A stretch of DNA of 37,380 bases from a bacterium (GTDB lineage: Bacteria; Zhuqueibacterota; Zhuqueibacteria; Oceanimicrobiales; Oceanimicrobiaceae). The stretch covers positions 1-37,380 of the forward strand of contig JBHHXN010000034.1 in assembly GCA_046757025.1 (NCBI GenBank). Direction: 5' to 3'. Below, piece after piece: positions 17,671-27,138 of the stretch. A model generated the notes under the pieces. It had not been told where the DNA came from. It saw nothing but the letters and a program-made list of their open reading frames with translations, and did no database searches. The position numbers and the translations under genes were made by a program. Positions within the stretch are counted from its first letter, which is position 1, and every line of letters begins with the position of its first letter.

Positions 17671-18102
17671 ATGGAACCATCTCCAGTACTGAAAGTTAGT
17701 CAAAAATTAGATTTGATGATAGCCATATTCAACCGTGAGCCCATTCGGTATATTTTGAATAGCTTCACCAGCGAACAATTGGTGGCCGCGCATCAATTTA
17801 TATGGGATAAATTGGTTGAGCTGCATTACTTCACTCAAAACGAAGATTTTAATCGGGAAGAGGTGACAAAAAATATGATGTCTTCGGCAGCTTACCAGCA
17901 TCAGCAAGGTTGCGATCTCCGTTTGGATTATTGCAAGGGCGTGGAATGCATCTGGTCGAATCCCCTTTGTGCCGGTAAAAAAGTGAAAAACAATATCGAA
18001 GTGATGGCCATGACTATGATAAATTACATTGATTCATGTAGCTCAAAAAAGCATGTTCAAAAAAAATCTAAGAATCACGAGGAGGTGAAAATCTGGCTGT
18101 AA
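17671..18102 (+). CDS. Hypothetical protein with a Cx6Cx4Cx6C motif
   Basis: 143-aa ORF filling the intergenic gap in the operon orientation. Contains GCDLRLDYCKGVECIWSNPLCAG and a basic C-terminal tail. Confidence 0.75.
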   Translation: MEPSPVLKVSQKLDLMIAIFNREPIRYILNSFTSEQLVAAHQFIWDKLVELHYFTQNEDFNREEVTKNMMSSAAYQHQQGCDLRLDYCKGVECIWSNPLCAGKKVKNNIEVMAMTMINYIDSCSSKKHVQKKSKNHEEVKIWL

Positions 18103-18127
18103 AATTATTTACGAAAGCCTGTTTATT

Positions 18128-19690
18128 ATGGAACTGACCAATATGAATATTTTATTTCTTGGATTCGGAGGCATCCTTTTATTTGCTGCTGGCTGGGGAA
18201 CCTCCGTTTTGTTATATAAAATGAAAGTAAAAAATGCCAAAGCCAGCGTACAGGATATCCTGGCGGAAGCGCAACGCGAAGCCGAACGCAAAAAACATAA
18301 AATTATTCTGCAAGCGAAAGAAGAATGGTTCAACGTGCGAGACGAGCAGGAACGTCGGCTCAAATCAAGACAACAAAAGCTCGAAAGAGATGAGCGAGAA
18401 ATTCTTGATAAAGAACGAAATATTAGCCGGCTTGAAAGCGACATCAGTCAGCGAGAAAACCAGATTGCTGCTAAAGCGCGCAATATCGAAGAGCAAAAAG
18501 AAGCGTTAAAAACCAAAGAATCGGAGTTAAACAAGATCATTCAAAAGCAAAATGTCACGTTGTCCCGCATCACCAACATGAGCGTTGAGGAATGCAAGGC
18601 GTTGTTGCTGGAAAACCTGCGTCGTGAATACAAAAATGAGGCGGCGCAGATTTATAAAGAGCTGGTGGATCAAGCCAAAGAAAATGCCAACAAAGAAGCA
18701 CGCAAAATCATCACCATGGCGATTGAGAAAAATGCCGCCGATCATTCCGTGGAAACCACCGTATCGGTGGTGCCGCTTCCTTCCGAGGAAGTGAAAGGCA
18801 GAATAATCGGCCGGGACGGCCGCAATATCAAAGCCTTCGAAACTTCCAGCGGGGTCAAGGTGATTGTGGACGACACGCCGGAAGCGGTGGTGCTTTCCAG
18901 TTTTGATCCGGTTCGGCGGGAAGTGGCTCGAATCGCCCTGGAGAAGATTATCAAGAACAATAAGATCAATCCGCAGAAAATAGAAGAGATCGTGAAATAC
19001 GCTGAAAAGGAAGTGGACAAATTGATCTGGCGGGCAGGAAACGAAGTCATTGCCCGACTGGGGGTGGGAAGAATGCATCCAGATTTGATTCGCATTTTAG
19101 GTCGTTTGAAGTACCGCACCAGTTATGGACAAAATGTTTTGCAACATTCCGAAGAAGTCGCCACGCTAACTGGCGCCATGGCCGCAGAGCTAAAACTCAA
19201 CGTCAAATTGGCCAAGCGGGCTGGTTTGCTGCATGACATCGGCAAAGCCACGAGCCAGAATACAGAGGGCACCCACACACAAATCGGCATTGAGATCGGA
19301 AAAAAATTTAACGAGGATGAAGTAGTGTTGAACGCCATCGCCTCGCACCACGAAGATGAGGCCGCTACTTCGTTGATTTCCGTGCTGGTGTGTGCAGCAG
19401 ATTCCATCTCCGGCGCCCGGCCCGGCGCGCGTCGCGACACTCTGGATGGGTACATCCGAAGAATCGATAGCCTGGAGAAACTGGCAGACTCTTTCGATTT
19501 AGTGAGCAAAGCTTACGCCATTTCAGCGGGAAGAGAAGTCAGGGTGATCGTGCAGCCGGAAAAAGTCAGCGACTCTCAAGCCGATTTACTGGCACGAGAC
19601 ATCGCCAAAAAAATCCAGACCGATTTAGAGTATCCGGGACAGATTAAAGTAACGGTGATTCGCGAAACACGCGCGGTCAGGGTGGCCTGA
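18128..19690 (+). CDS. rny: Ribonuclease Y
   Basis: N-terminal TM, coiled coil, KH motif KGRIIGRDGRNI, DDTPEAV, YRTSYGQNVLQHS, HD motif LLHDIGK, ADSISGARPGAR, YPGQIKVTVIRE. Confidence 0.97.
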   Translation: MELTNMNILFLGFGGILLFAAGWGTSVLLYKMKVKNAKASVQDILAEAQREAERKKHKIILQAKEEWFNVRDEQERRLKSRQQKLERDEREILDKERNISRLESDISQRENQIAAKARNIEEQKEALKTKESELNKIIQKQNVTLSRITNMSVEECKALLLENLRREYKNEAAQIYKELVDQAKENANKEARKIITMAIEKNAADHSVETTVSVVPLPSEEVKGRIIGRDGRNIKAFETSSGVKVIVDDTPEAVVLSSFDPVRREVARIALEKIIKNNKINPQKIEEIVKYAEKEVDKLIWRAGNEVIARLGVGRMHPDLIRILGRLKYRTSYGQNVLQHSEEVATLTGAMAAELKLNVKLAKRAGLLHDIGKATSQNTEGTHTQIGIEIGKKFNEDEVVLNAIASHHEDEAATSLISVLVCAADSISGARPGARRDTLDGYIRRIDSLEKLADSFDLVSKAYAISAGREVRVIVQPEKVSDSQADLLARDIAKKIQTDLEYPGQIKVTVIRETRAVRVA

Positions 19691-19845
19691 TCCTGCTTTA
19701 ATTTTGGATTACTTTTAATCGATGGCGCAAGAATTACGCTTAGATTGTCGTGTCAATAGATGAAACAAAATGGCCAGTTTAACAATACATTTTAGCCAAA
19801 GCTAATTCGAATTTTCATTTACATTCTAAATACAGGAGTGCAACG

Positions 19846-20292
19846 ATGTTCAACAACAAGATTAAAGTGGCGTTATCATTCGCCGCAATAGCGGTGGTAT
19901 TAGTCTGGTTGGTGTTTACGGGATTTAATGAAAACATGCAATATTATGTGAGTATAGATGCAGTCAAATCCTTGGGGGAGAGCGCCTACAATAAAGGACT
20001 GCGAGTCAAAGGTTATCTGGTGGCGGGATCCCTGGTAAAATCCCAAAATAGCTTGGAGGTAAGTTTCGTAATTGAAGACGAAGGGCATGAACTGGAAGTG
20101 CATTACGCCAAGGAACTACCAGACACCTTTAAGGATGGCGCCGAAGTATTGGTCGAAGGGCGCTACACAAGAGCGGGTTATTTTGATGCCAACGTGCTGA
20201 TGGCAAAATGCCCTTCAAAATATGAAAGTGGTGAAGACTACAACACGGGTTATGAAAAGACCGAAATAGATGTGCACGATGGCACCAATTAA
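19846..20292 (+). CDS. ccmE: Cytochrome c maturation heme chaperone, CxxxY variant
   Basis: N-terminal TM, LPDTFKDG-EVLVEG, LMAKCPSKY. Confidence 0.93.
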   Translation: MFNNKIKVALSFAAIAVVLVWLVFTGFNENMQYYVSIDAVKSLGESAYNKGLRVKGYLVAGSLVKSQNSLEVSFVIEDEGHELEVHYAKELPDTFKDGAEVLVEGRYTRAGYFDANVLMAKCPSKYESGEDYNTGYEKTEIDVHDGTN

Positions 20293-20310
20293 ATCAGGGA
20301 GATTGACATT

Positions 20311-22362
20311 ATGGTAGATGCAGGACACTTAATTCTAATTTTAGCTTTGGGCTGTGCAGTTTATTCGATTTTAGCATCTATTTATGGCGCCCGCGGGCAT
20401 CGCGAAGAGTTCATCCATTCGGGTGAGCATGCTGTTTATGGGGTAGCGTTTTTGATAACCCTGGCCACTTTTCTCCTCTGGCAGGCAATCATTTCGCATG
20501 ATTTTCATAATGAGTATGTAGCGAGCTATTCCAATCGTACCATGCCGACTTTTTACACCATGGCGGCCCTGTGGGGAGGTCAAAAAGGATCCTTGCTTTT
20601 CTGGGGATGGTTGCTCGTATTATTTTCAGCTCTAACGGTCTATCAAAATCGGTTTCGACATCGCGAGCTCATGCCCTGGGTAGTGGTCACTTTGATGGCA
20701 GGCACGGTGTTTTTTCTGATTTTGAATGTATTTATTTCTCCACCTTTTGAAAAGCTCTGGCAATTGTCGGACGGCCGTGTCATCGCAGCGGTGAGTCAAC
20801 CGATAAATTCTATGGCTTTCACCGCGGCAGACGGGCGTGGACTCAATCCGTTGCTGCAGCATCCGGCCATGGCCATTCATCCGCCAACTCTTTATCTGGG
20901 ATTTGTTGGATTCGCAGTACCATTTGCGTTTGCGTTGGCGTCGCTTTTTACCGGCCGACTGGGCAATCAATGGCTGCAAACCATCCGACGCTGGACTTTG
21001 GTACCGTGGTTTTTTCTCGGTATCGGTATGTTGTTAGGCGGTAAATGGGCGTATATGGAATTAGGCTGGGGCGGCTATTGGGCCTGGGACCCCGTAGAAA
21101 ATGCTGCATTGATGCCGTGGCTGGTGGGAACCGCATTCATCCACTCGATGATGATTCAGGAAAAGAAAAACATGCTGCGGATTTGGAACATGGTTTTGAT
21201 CATCCTGACTTACACGCTCTGTATATTCGGGACTTTTCTTACGCGTAGCGGCGTGGTCTCATCCGTGCATTCGTTCGCACGCTCAGAAATTGCGCCCTGG
21301 TTTGTTGGATATCTGCTGCTCATCATCGGCGGCAGCACTTATTTGCTGATCAAGCGTTTACCCGAGCTCAAAAGCAGCAATCATTTCGATTCGGTTGTTT
21401 CCCGGGAATCCGCTTTTTTGATAAACAATTTGGTTTTTTTAATTGCCCTGCTTGCGGTATTCTGGGGCACGATTTTACCGATGGTGAGCGAAGCCGTCCG
21501 GGGCGTTAAAATAACCGTTGCAGAACCCTTTTTTAATCAGATGACCATTCCTATTGGGTTATTCCTGCTGTTTCTAACCGGGGTCGGACCGCTGGTTGCT
21601 TGGCGGAAAACTTCTTCAAAGTTGTTGAAAAAAATCCTTTTGAAACCGACACTCGTTAGCCTGGCTGGGTTAGCCACCATGCTTGTTTTTGGCATTCGAC
21701 ATTTTTATGCGCTGGTTTCCCTGACACTCGCTATTTTTGTTACCGCTACCATTGTAGCAGAATTTCATCGTGGCGCCCGCGCACGAATGCGGACCAACGC
21801 TGAAAATTATGGCGTGGCTCTGTGGCATCTCTTGCTAAAAAACAAACGTCGATACGGCGGTTATGTGGTGCATTTTGGCATGGTGGTAATGTTTGTCGGT
21901 TTTACCGGCAAAGCGTTTGATACCGAAAAAGATGCCCACCTGCAATTGGGTGAATCCATGGAAATACGCGGCTATCGCCTGGAGTACCTTGATTTTACCA
22001 CCCTGCAGGATGCCAATAAAGTCGTTTGGCAAGCCAAGATGGATGTGTACAAACACGGTAAGAAAGTGAAAACGATCTATCCAAATAAACATTATTATCG
22101 GGTGCAAGAGCAACCGACCACCGAGGTGGTTTTGCGCTCGACTCTTCTCGAAGACTTGTATGTGGTTCTGGCTCAACCCAACGAAGACAAAAGCGCGGTG
22201 TTCAAAGTTTACATAAATCCACTGATCAATTTGGTGTGGTTGTCAGGTTTGATCATAACGCTGGGAACTTTTATCATTTTACTGCCAGATAAACGTGAAA
22301 GGAAACCGATTTCTGCGAGCGGCAAAATTGCGCAGAAAGATATTCAGGAGTATGCTGAATAA
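20311..22362 (+). CDS. ccmF: Cytochrome c heme lyase CcmF/NrfE family
   Basis: WGGQKGSLLFW, GLNPLLQ, IHPPTLYLG, WWD motif WAYMELGWGGYWAWDPVEN, GTFLTRSG-SVHSF. Confidence 0.96.
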   Translation: MVDAGHLILILALGCAVYSILASIYGARGHREEFIHSGEHAVYGVAFLITLATFLLWQAIISHDFHNEYVASYSNRTMPTFYTMAALWGGQKGSLLFWGWLLVLFSALTVYQNRFRHRELMPWVVVTLMAGTVFFLILNVFISPPFEKLWQLSDGRVIAAVSQPINSMAFTAADGRGLNPLLQHPAMAIHPPTLYLGFVGFAVPFAFALASLFTGRLGNQWLQTIRRWTLVPWFFLGIGMLLGGKWAYMELGWGGYWAWDPVENAALMPWLVGTAFIHSMMIQEKKNMLRIWNMVLIILTYTLCIFGTFLTRSGVVSSVHSFARSEIAPWFVGYLLLIIGGSTYLLIKRLPELKSSNHFDSVVSRESAFLINNLVFLIALLAVFWGTILPMVSEAVRGVKITVAEPFFNQMTIPIGLFLLFLTGVGPLVAWRKTSSKLLKKILLKPTLVSLAGLATMLVFGIRHFYALVSLTLAIFVTATIVAEFHRGARARMRTNAENYGVALWHLLLKNKRRYGGYVVHFGMVVMFVGFTGKAFDTEKDAHLQLGESMEIRGYRLEYLDFTTLQDANKVVWQAKMDVYKHGKKVKTIYPNKHYYRVQEQPTTEVVLRSTLLEDLYVVLAQPNEDKSAVFKVYINPLINLVWLSGLIITLGTFIILLPDKRERKPISASGKIAQKDIQEYAE

Positions 22363-22383
22363 AAAAACTTTTTATTGAGAAAT

Positions 22384-22429
22384 AACCCCATCCATGTGGT
22401 ACTATATTGTGGATGGGGTTTTTATTTTT
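22384..22429 (+). terminator. Intrinsic terminator after ccmF
   Basis: Stem AACCCCATCCA / TGGATGGGGTT followed by TTTATTTTT. Confidence 0.75.
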
Positions 22430-22469
22430 ATCCAATTCAAGGTTAAAATGATCGCTGTTTATTTTTTGC

Positions 22470-22498
22470 TTGACAAAGAGAGTTTTATTAATTATATT
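22470..22498 (+). promoter_or_regulatory. sigma70 promoter of the SUF operon
   Basis: TTGACA (22470-22475)-17 nt-TATATT (22493-22498). Confidence 0.75.
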
Positions 22499-22499
22499 A

Positions 22500-22522
22500 A
22501 ACCCGACTAATATGGTCGCATA
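22500..22522. promoter_or_regulatory. Putative Rrf2/IscR-type operator
   Basis: AACCCGACTAATATGGTCGCATA has dyad CGAC-N7-GTCG just downstream of the -10 and resembles IscR type-1 sites. Confidence 0.6.
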
Positions 22523-22532
22523 TGGAGAATCG

Positions 22533-22967
22533 ATGTTACGTTTGACAAAAAAATCAGAATACGGAATTATCGCGTTGAAGCACATGCTGAATCTGCCCGA
22601 GGGTACGGTGACGCGTGCCAAGGAAATCGCGGAAATTTACAACATTCCTTCGGAGATCATGGCCAAAATACTGCAACAACTGACCCGACAGGGATTGATT
22701 CAGTCGTGTCAGGGTGCGAAAGGCGGCTATATTCTGGCTAAAAAGGGCAATTTGATCAAACTTTCGGAGATCATCGAAACGATGGAAGGCCCGTTTGAAC
22801 TTGTGGAGTGCATGACCGAGACCGATTGTAATTGCATGCAGTTAGAAAATTGCAATATCAGCGACCCGTTACGAATCATTCAAAAACAATTCAAAATATT
22901 TCTTTCGCGTATTTCGTTGGAAGACATCAACAACGAGCTTGAAATGGAACGAACGGTCTGGCAATGA
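22533..22967 (+). CDS. Rrf2-family Fe-S sensing regulator (IscR/SufR-like)
   Basis: MLRLTKKSEYGIIAL, GAKGGYIL, Cys cluster ECMTETDCNCMQLENC. GGAG precedes ATG 22533. Confidence 0.9.
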   Translation: MLRLTKKSEYGIIALKHMLNLPEGTVTRAKEIAEIYNIPSEIMAKILQQLTRQGLIQSCQGAKGGYILAKKGNLIKLSEIIETMEGPFELVECMTETDCNCMQLENCNISDPLRIIQKQFKIFLSRISLEDINNELEMERTVWQ

Positions 22968-23054
22968 GTCATATTTTATCTTTTAGGAATATTAAAGCTG
23001 AAAATCGATTTTTAAGTATTAAAAAAAACAGATAGTTCAATTTAGGAGAATAAA

Positions 23055-23381
23055 ATGATTACACTCACAGATAAAGCCATTGCAGAAATCAAGAAGATCA
23101 TGCAGCAAGAAAATGCCGGTGAAAATGTCGGTTTGCGCATCGGGGTGAAAGGCGGAGGTTGCTCTGGACTATCTTATTATTTAGATTTCGAGAAAAAGCC
23201 ACGCGACGATGACAATATCCTTGATTTTAACGGAGTCAAAGTGTTTTTGGATCCCAAAAGCGCGTTGTATCTTAAAGGCACCGAGCTGCATTTTTCGGAT
23301 GGCTTGAACGGTACCGGATTTACGTTCATCAATCCCAACGCGCAGAGAACTTGCGGTTGTGGCAGCAGCTTTGCGGTTTAA
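23055..23381 (+). CDS. iscA: A-type Fe-S carrier (IscA/SufA)
   Basis: GGGCSGLSY, NPNAQRTCGCGSSF. Confidence 0.93.
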   Translation: MITLTDKAIAEIKKIMQQENAGENVGLRIGVKGGGCSGLSYYLDFEKKPRDDDNILDFNGVKVFLDPKSALYLKGTELHFSDGLNGTGFTFINPNAQRTCGCGSSFAV

Positions 23382-23447
23382 ATGCGGAGGATAGGTTGTA
23401 ATCCAAAAAATGAGCATCAGCGTTCCACGAATTATTAAGGAGATTTA

Positions 23448-24893
23448 ATGAGCACAGAACAAGAAACCATTGAACAGTTTACGAATAGCGAGTACAAATG
23501 GGGATTTACCACGGATATCGAAACGGATATCGCCCCAAAAGGATTATCCGAAGAAACCGTTCGATTGATCTCAGCCAAAAAGAACGAGCCGACATTCATG
23601 CTGGAATGGCGCCTGAAAGCCTTCCGGCACTGGCTCACATTGCAAGAGCCCCGTTGGCCAAATGTAAAATACCCACCTATCGATTATCAGGATGCGTATT
23701 ACTACGCGGCGCCCAAACAAAAAAAACGACTCGAAAGTTTAGATGAAGTCGATCCCAAATTGCGTGAGACTTTCGACAAATTAGGCATTTCTCTGGAGGA
23801 GCAGAAACGGCTCACCGGCGTAGCTGTGGACGCCGTCATGGACAGCGTGTCCGTGGCTACCACATTTAAAAAGGAATTAGCTGAACAGGGCATCATTTTC
23901 TGTTCCTTCTCTGAGGCGGTGCAAAACCATCCCGATTTGATTAGAAAATATTTAGGCAGCGTGGTGCCTTATACGGACAATTTTTTTGCCACTTTAAATT
24001 CAGCGGTTTTCAGCGACGGTTCATTTTGTTATGTGCCAAAAGGCGTACGCTGTCCCATGGAGCTTTCTACCTATTTTAGGATAAACACAGCCAATACCGG
24101 CCAGTTTGAAAGAACGCTCATCATTGCTGAGGAAGGAGCGTACGTCAGCTATTTAGAGGGGTGTACCGCTCCCATGCGGGATGAAAACCAGCTCCACGCG
24201 GCGGTAGTGGAGCTCATTGCCCACAAAGATGCCGAAATCAAATATTCCACCGTCCAGAACTGGTATCCGGGAGACGAAAATGGCCGAGGCGGCATCTACA
24301 ATTTTGTCACCAAACGCGGAATCTGTAAAGAAGACAACGCTAAAATTTCCTGGACCCAGGTTGAGACCGGTTCGGCCATTACCTGGAAATATCCCAGCGT
24401 CATTTTAAAGGGAGACAATTCCATCGGTGAATTTTATTCGGTGGCTCTTACCAATAATTATCAGCAAGCGGACACGGGCACTAAAATGGTGCACCTTGGA
24501 AAAAACACCAGAAGTACCATTATTTCGAAAGGTATTTCTGCGGGCCGAAGCAATAATTCCTATCGCGGCCTGGTGAAAGTAACCAAGAGCGCGGACAATG
24601 CCCGTAATTTTTCTCAGTGCGATTCGCTGCTCATCGGCGACAAATGCGGTGCCCACACGTTTCCATATTTGGATGTGTACAATAAAACCGCGAAAATCGA
24701 GCACGAAGCCACCACCACCAAAATCGGTGAAGATCAGATTTTTTACTGCAATCAGCGAGGTATCGATACTGAGAATGCTATTGGCTTGATTGTAAACGGC
24801 TATTGCAAAGAAGTTTTTAGTGTGCTGCCCATGGAGTTTGCCGTGGAAGCCCAAAAGCTGCTGGCGATCAGTCTGGAAGGCAGTGTCGGTTAA
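23448..24893 (+). CDS. sufB: Fe-S assembly scaffold SufB
   Basis: [57 protein letters not shown]. Confidence 0.98.
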   Translation: MSTEQETIEQFTNSEYKWGFTTDIETDIAPKGLSEETVRLISAKKNEPTFMLEWRLKAFRHWLTLQEPRWPNVKYPPIDYQDAYYYAAPKQKKRLESLDEVDPKLRETFDKLGISLEEQKRLTGVAVDAVMDSVSVATTFKKELAEQGIIFCSFSEAVQNHPDLIRKYLGSVVPYTDNFFATLNSAVFSDGSFCYVPKGVRCPMELSTYFRINTANTGQFERTLIIAEEGAYVSYLEGCTAPMRDENQLHAAVVELIAHKDAEIKYSTVQNWYPGDENGRGGIYNFVTKRGICKEDNAKISWTQVETGSAITWKYPSVILKGDNSIGEFYSVALTNNYQQADTGTKMVHLGKNTRSTIISKGISAGRSNNSYRGLVKVTKSADNARNFSQCDSLLIGDKCGAHTFPYLDVYNKTAKIEHEATTTKIGEDQIFYCNQRGIDTENAIGLIVNGYCKEVFSVLPMEFAVEAQKLLAISLEGSVG

Positions 24894-24964
24894 AAAGTTC
24901 CGAGTTGACATCTACAAAATTTTACAGATTGTGTAAACTATCATTCAGGAGAAACAGAAACATT

Positions 24965-25729
24965 ATGTTAGAGATTAAAGGTTTGAAGGTATCCGTAGAG
25001 GGTACAGAAATTTTAAAAGGAATCGACTTGAAAATTCAGCCGGGCGAAGTACATGCCATCATGGGCCCAAACGGCTCTGGTAAAAGTACTCTGGCCAATG
25101 TTTTAGCTGGAAGAGAAGAGTATGAAGTGACCGAGGGCGAAATTATATATCAGGGAAAAGACCTGCATGAAATGGCGCCGGAAGATCGCGCACGGGAAGG
25201 CGTGTTTCTGGCGTTTCAGTATCCTGTGGAAATTCCAGGAGTGAGTATGTCCAATTTTTTGAAAACCGCACTCAACGAGATTCGGGAATATCGGGGTCAG
25301 GAAAAGTTGGACGCCATGGAATTCTTTAGCTTAATACGTGAAAAATTGCAACTGGTCAAAATGGATGAGAAGTTTATGAGCCGGGCGATCAACGAGGGCT
25401 TTTCTGGCGGCGAGAAAAAACGAAATGAAGTTTTTCAAATGGCCATTTTAGAGCCGAAATTAGCCATATTGGATGAAACCGATTCTGGTCTGGATATCGA
25501 TGCGCTCAAAATTGTGGCAGATGGTGTCAACAAATTGCGTAGTTCCGACAACGCCACCCTGGTGATCACGCATTATCAAAGGCTGCTTCACTACATCGTG
25601 CCTGATTATGTGCACGTTTTGGTCGATGGCAAAATCGTCAAGTCGGGCACCAAGGAACTGGCCTTAAAGCTGGATGACCTGGGTTATGATTGGTTGAAAG
25701 AAGACGCCGTGGAACCGGTGGCGGCTTAG
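24965..25729 (+). CDS. sufC: Fe-S assembly ATPase SufC
   Basis: [43 protein letters not shown]. Likely start is ATG 24965. Confidence 0.97.
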   Translation: MLEIKGLKVSVEGTEILKGIDLKIQPGEVHAIMGPNGSGKSTLANVLAGREEYEVTEGEIIYQGKDLHEMAPEDRAREGVFLAFQYPVEIPGVSMSNFLKTALNEIREYRGQEKLDAMEFFSLIREKLQLVKMDEKFMSRAINEGFSGGEKKRNEVFQMAILEPKLAILDETDSGLDIDALKIVADGVNKLRSSDNATLVITHYQRLLHYIVPDYVHVLVDGKIVKSGTKELALKLDDLGYDWLKEDAVEPVAA

Positions 25730-25789
25730 CAATTCATTCAAGTCAGCGAATCGTTCTCATTAAAATATCAAAAAAATAACGGAAATAGC

Positions 25790-27130
25790 ATGACGGAAAC
25801 AGCAAAAAATAATTTTGATGCAAAAAAGTGGTACCTTTCAAATTTTGAATTATTTGAAAATAGTTTAAACGGCATTGCCAATTCACCTTTTCACGTTCTG
25901 CGAAAAGAAGCCATTGCGAAATTTTCAGATTTAGGTTTTCCAACCACCCGCCAGGAAGAATGGAAATATACCAGTGTGGCGCCAATCCTCGAACATAAAT
26001 TTAAACTGAACTCAAAACAGCCATCCCTGCAACAGACCGTGCCGGAGCATCTGTTGTTCAAGGGTCTTGAACAGGATTTAATCGTTTTTGTCAACGGTCA
26101 ATATTCTGAAAAATTGTCGACCATTTCGTCAAATACACCCGGTCTGACCATCGACAGCCTGAAAAACGCATTTTTTACACACAATACGCTGGTTGAAAAA
26201 TATTTAGGTCAAATTGCCAATTTTGAAAAGGAAGCTTTTGTGGCGTTGAACACCGCCTTCACCCTGGACGGTGTTTTTCTGCACGTGGCCAAAAACACGC
26301 TTCTGGAGAGACCCATTCACATTTTGTATTTATCCACGGCTGGCGAGGAAGCGTCGGTGAATTATCCCCGCAATCTTTTCATAGCAGAAAGCGGCAGCGA
26401 AGTGAAGATTGTGGAAAGTTATCATCACTTGTCAGATAGCCCCTATTTCAACAACGTGGTCACGGAAATCGTGTTGCAAGAAAACTCTAAAATGAATCAC
26501 ATCAAGCTTCAGGAAGAAAGCGAAAAAAGTTTTCACGTAGCGCATACGAAAGTTAACCAGGAATACAGCAGTGTCTTAACCTCCGTAAATATCGACCTCG
26601 GGGGAGTACTGGTTCGCAACAGCCTCAATATTTTATTGAATGCCGAAAACTGCGAATCGAACATGTATGGATTCTATTTTGGGCGTGGAAGGCAGCATAT
26701 CGACAATCACACCTTTATCGATCATGCCATGCCGCATTGTTACAGCAACGAACTCTACAAGGGCGTGTTGAACGGCAAGGCCCATGCCGTATTTAACGGC
26801 AAAATTTTGGTGCGGCCCGACGCGCAAAAAACCAATGCCCTGCAGTCCAACAAAACCCTTTTACTGACTAACGACGCCGCCATCAACGCCAAGCCGCAAC
26901 TGGAGATTTTCGCCGACGATGTGAAGTGTACCCACGGCGCCACCATTGGGCAACTGGACGACGAAGCGCTTTTTTATTTGCGTACGCGCGGTATCAGTAA
27001 TGAAGTGGCGGGCGCTATGCTACGATTCGCCTTTGCCGCGGATGTATTTGAAAAAATAGAATTGGAATCGGTGCGCAACAAGCTCAACGAAGAATTGCTG
27101 GAACGTCTGCAAATCGTGGAAGGAAATTAA
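25790..27130 (+). CDS. sufD: Fe-S assembly protein SufD
   Basis: PTTRQEEWKYT, AFVALNTA, AVFNGKI-V-AQKT, KPQLEIFADDVKCTHGATIGQLD. Confidence 0.97.
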   Translation: MTETAKNNFDAKKWYLSNFELFENSLNGIANSPFHVLRKEAIAKFSDLGFPTTRQEEWKYTSVAPILEHKFKLNSKQPSLQQTVPEHLLFKGLEQDLIVFVNGQYSEKLSTISSNTPGLTIDSLKNAFFTHNTLVEKYLGQIANFEKEAFVALNTAFTLDGVFLHVAKNTLLERPIHILYLSTAGEEASVNYPRNLFIAESGSEVKIVESYHHLSDSPYFNNVVTEIVLQENSKMNHIKLQEESEKSFHVAHTKVNQEYSSVLTSVNIDLGGVLVRNSLNILLNAENCESNMYGFYFGRGRQHIDNHTFIDHAMPHCYSNELYKGVLNGKAHAVFNGKILVRPDAQKTNALQSNKTLLLTNDAAINAKPQLEIFADDVKCTHGATIGQLDDEALFYLRTRGISNEVAGAMLRFAFAADVFEKIELESVRNKLNEELLERLQIVEGN

Positions 27131-27138
27131 TCCCCATC

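Noticed and set aside
19725..19760. Minus-strand TTGACA as an antisense promoter into rny, or an FNR box
   Set aside because: No properly spaced -10, and the spacing does not fit TTGAT-N4-ATCAA.
22470..22532. TTG start for the Rrf2 gene at 22470 (and likewise sufC at 24905)
   Set aside because: Both TTGs belong to TTGACA hexamers. Downstream ATGs match the family N-termini, and 22533 has an RBS.
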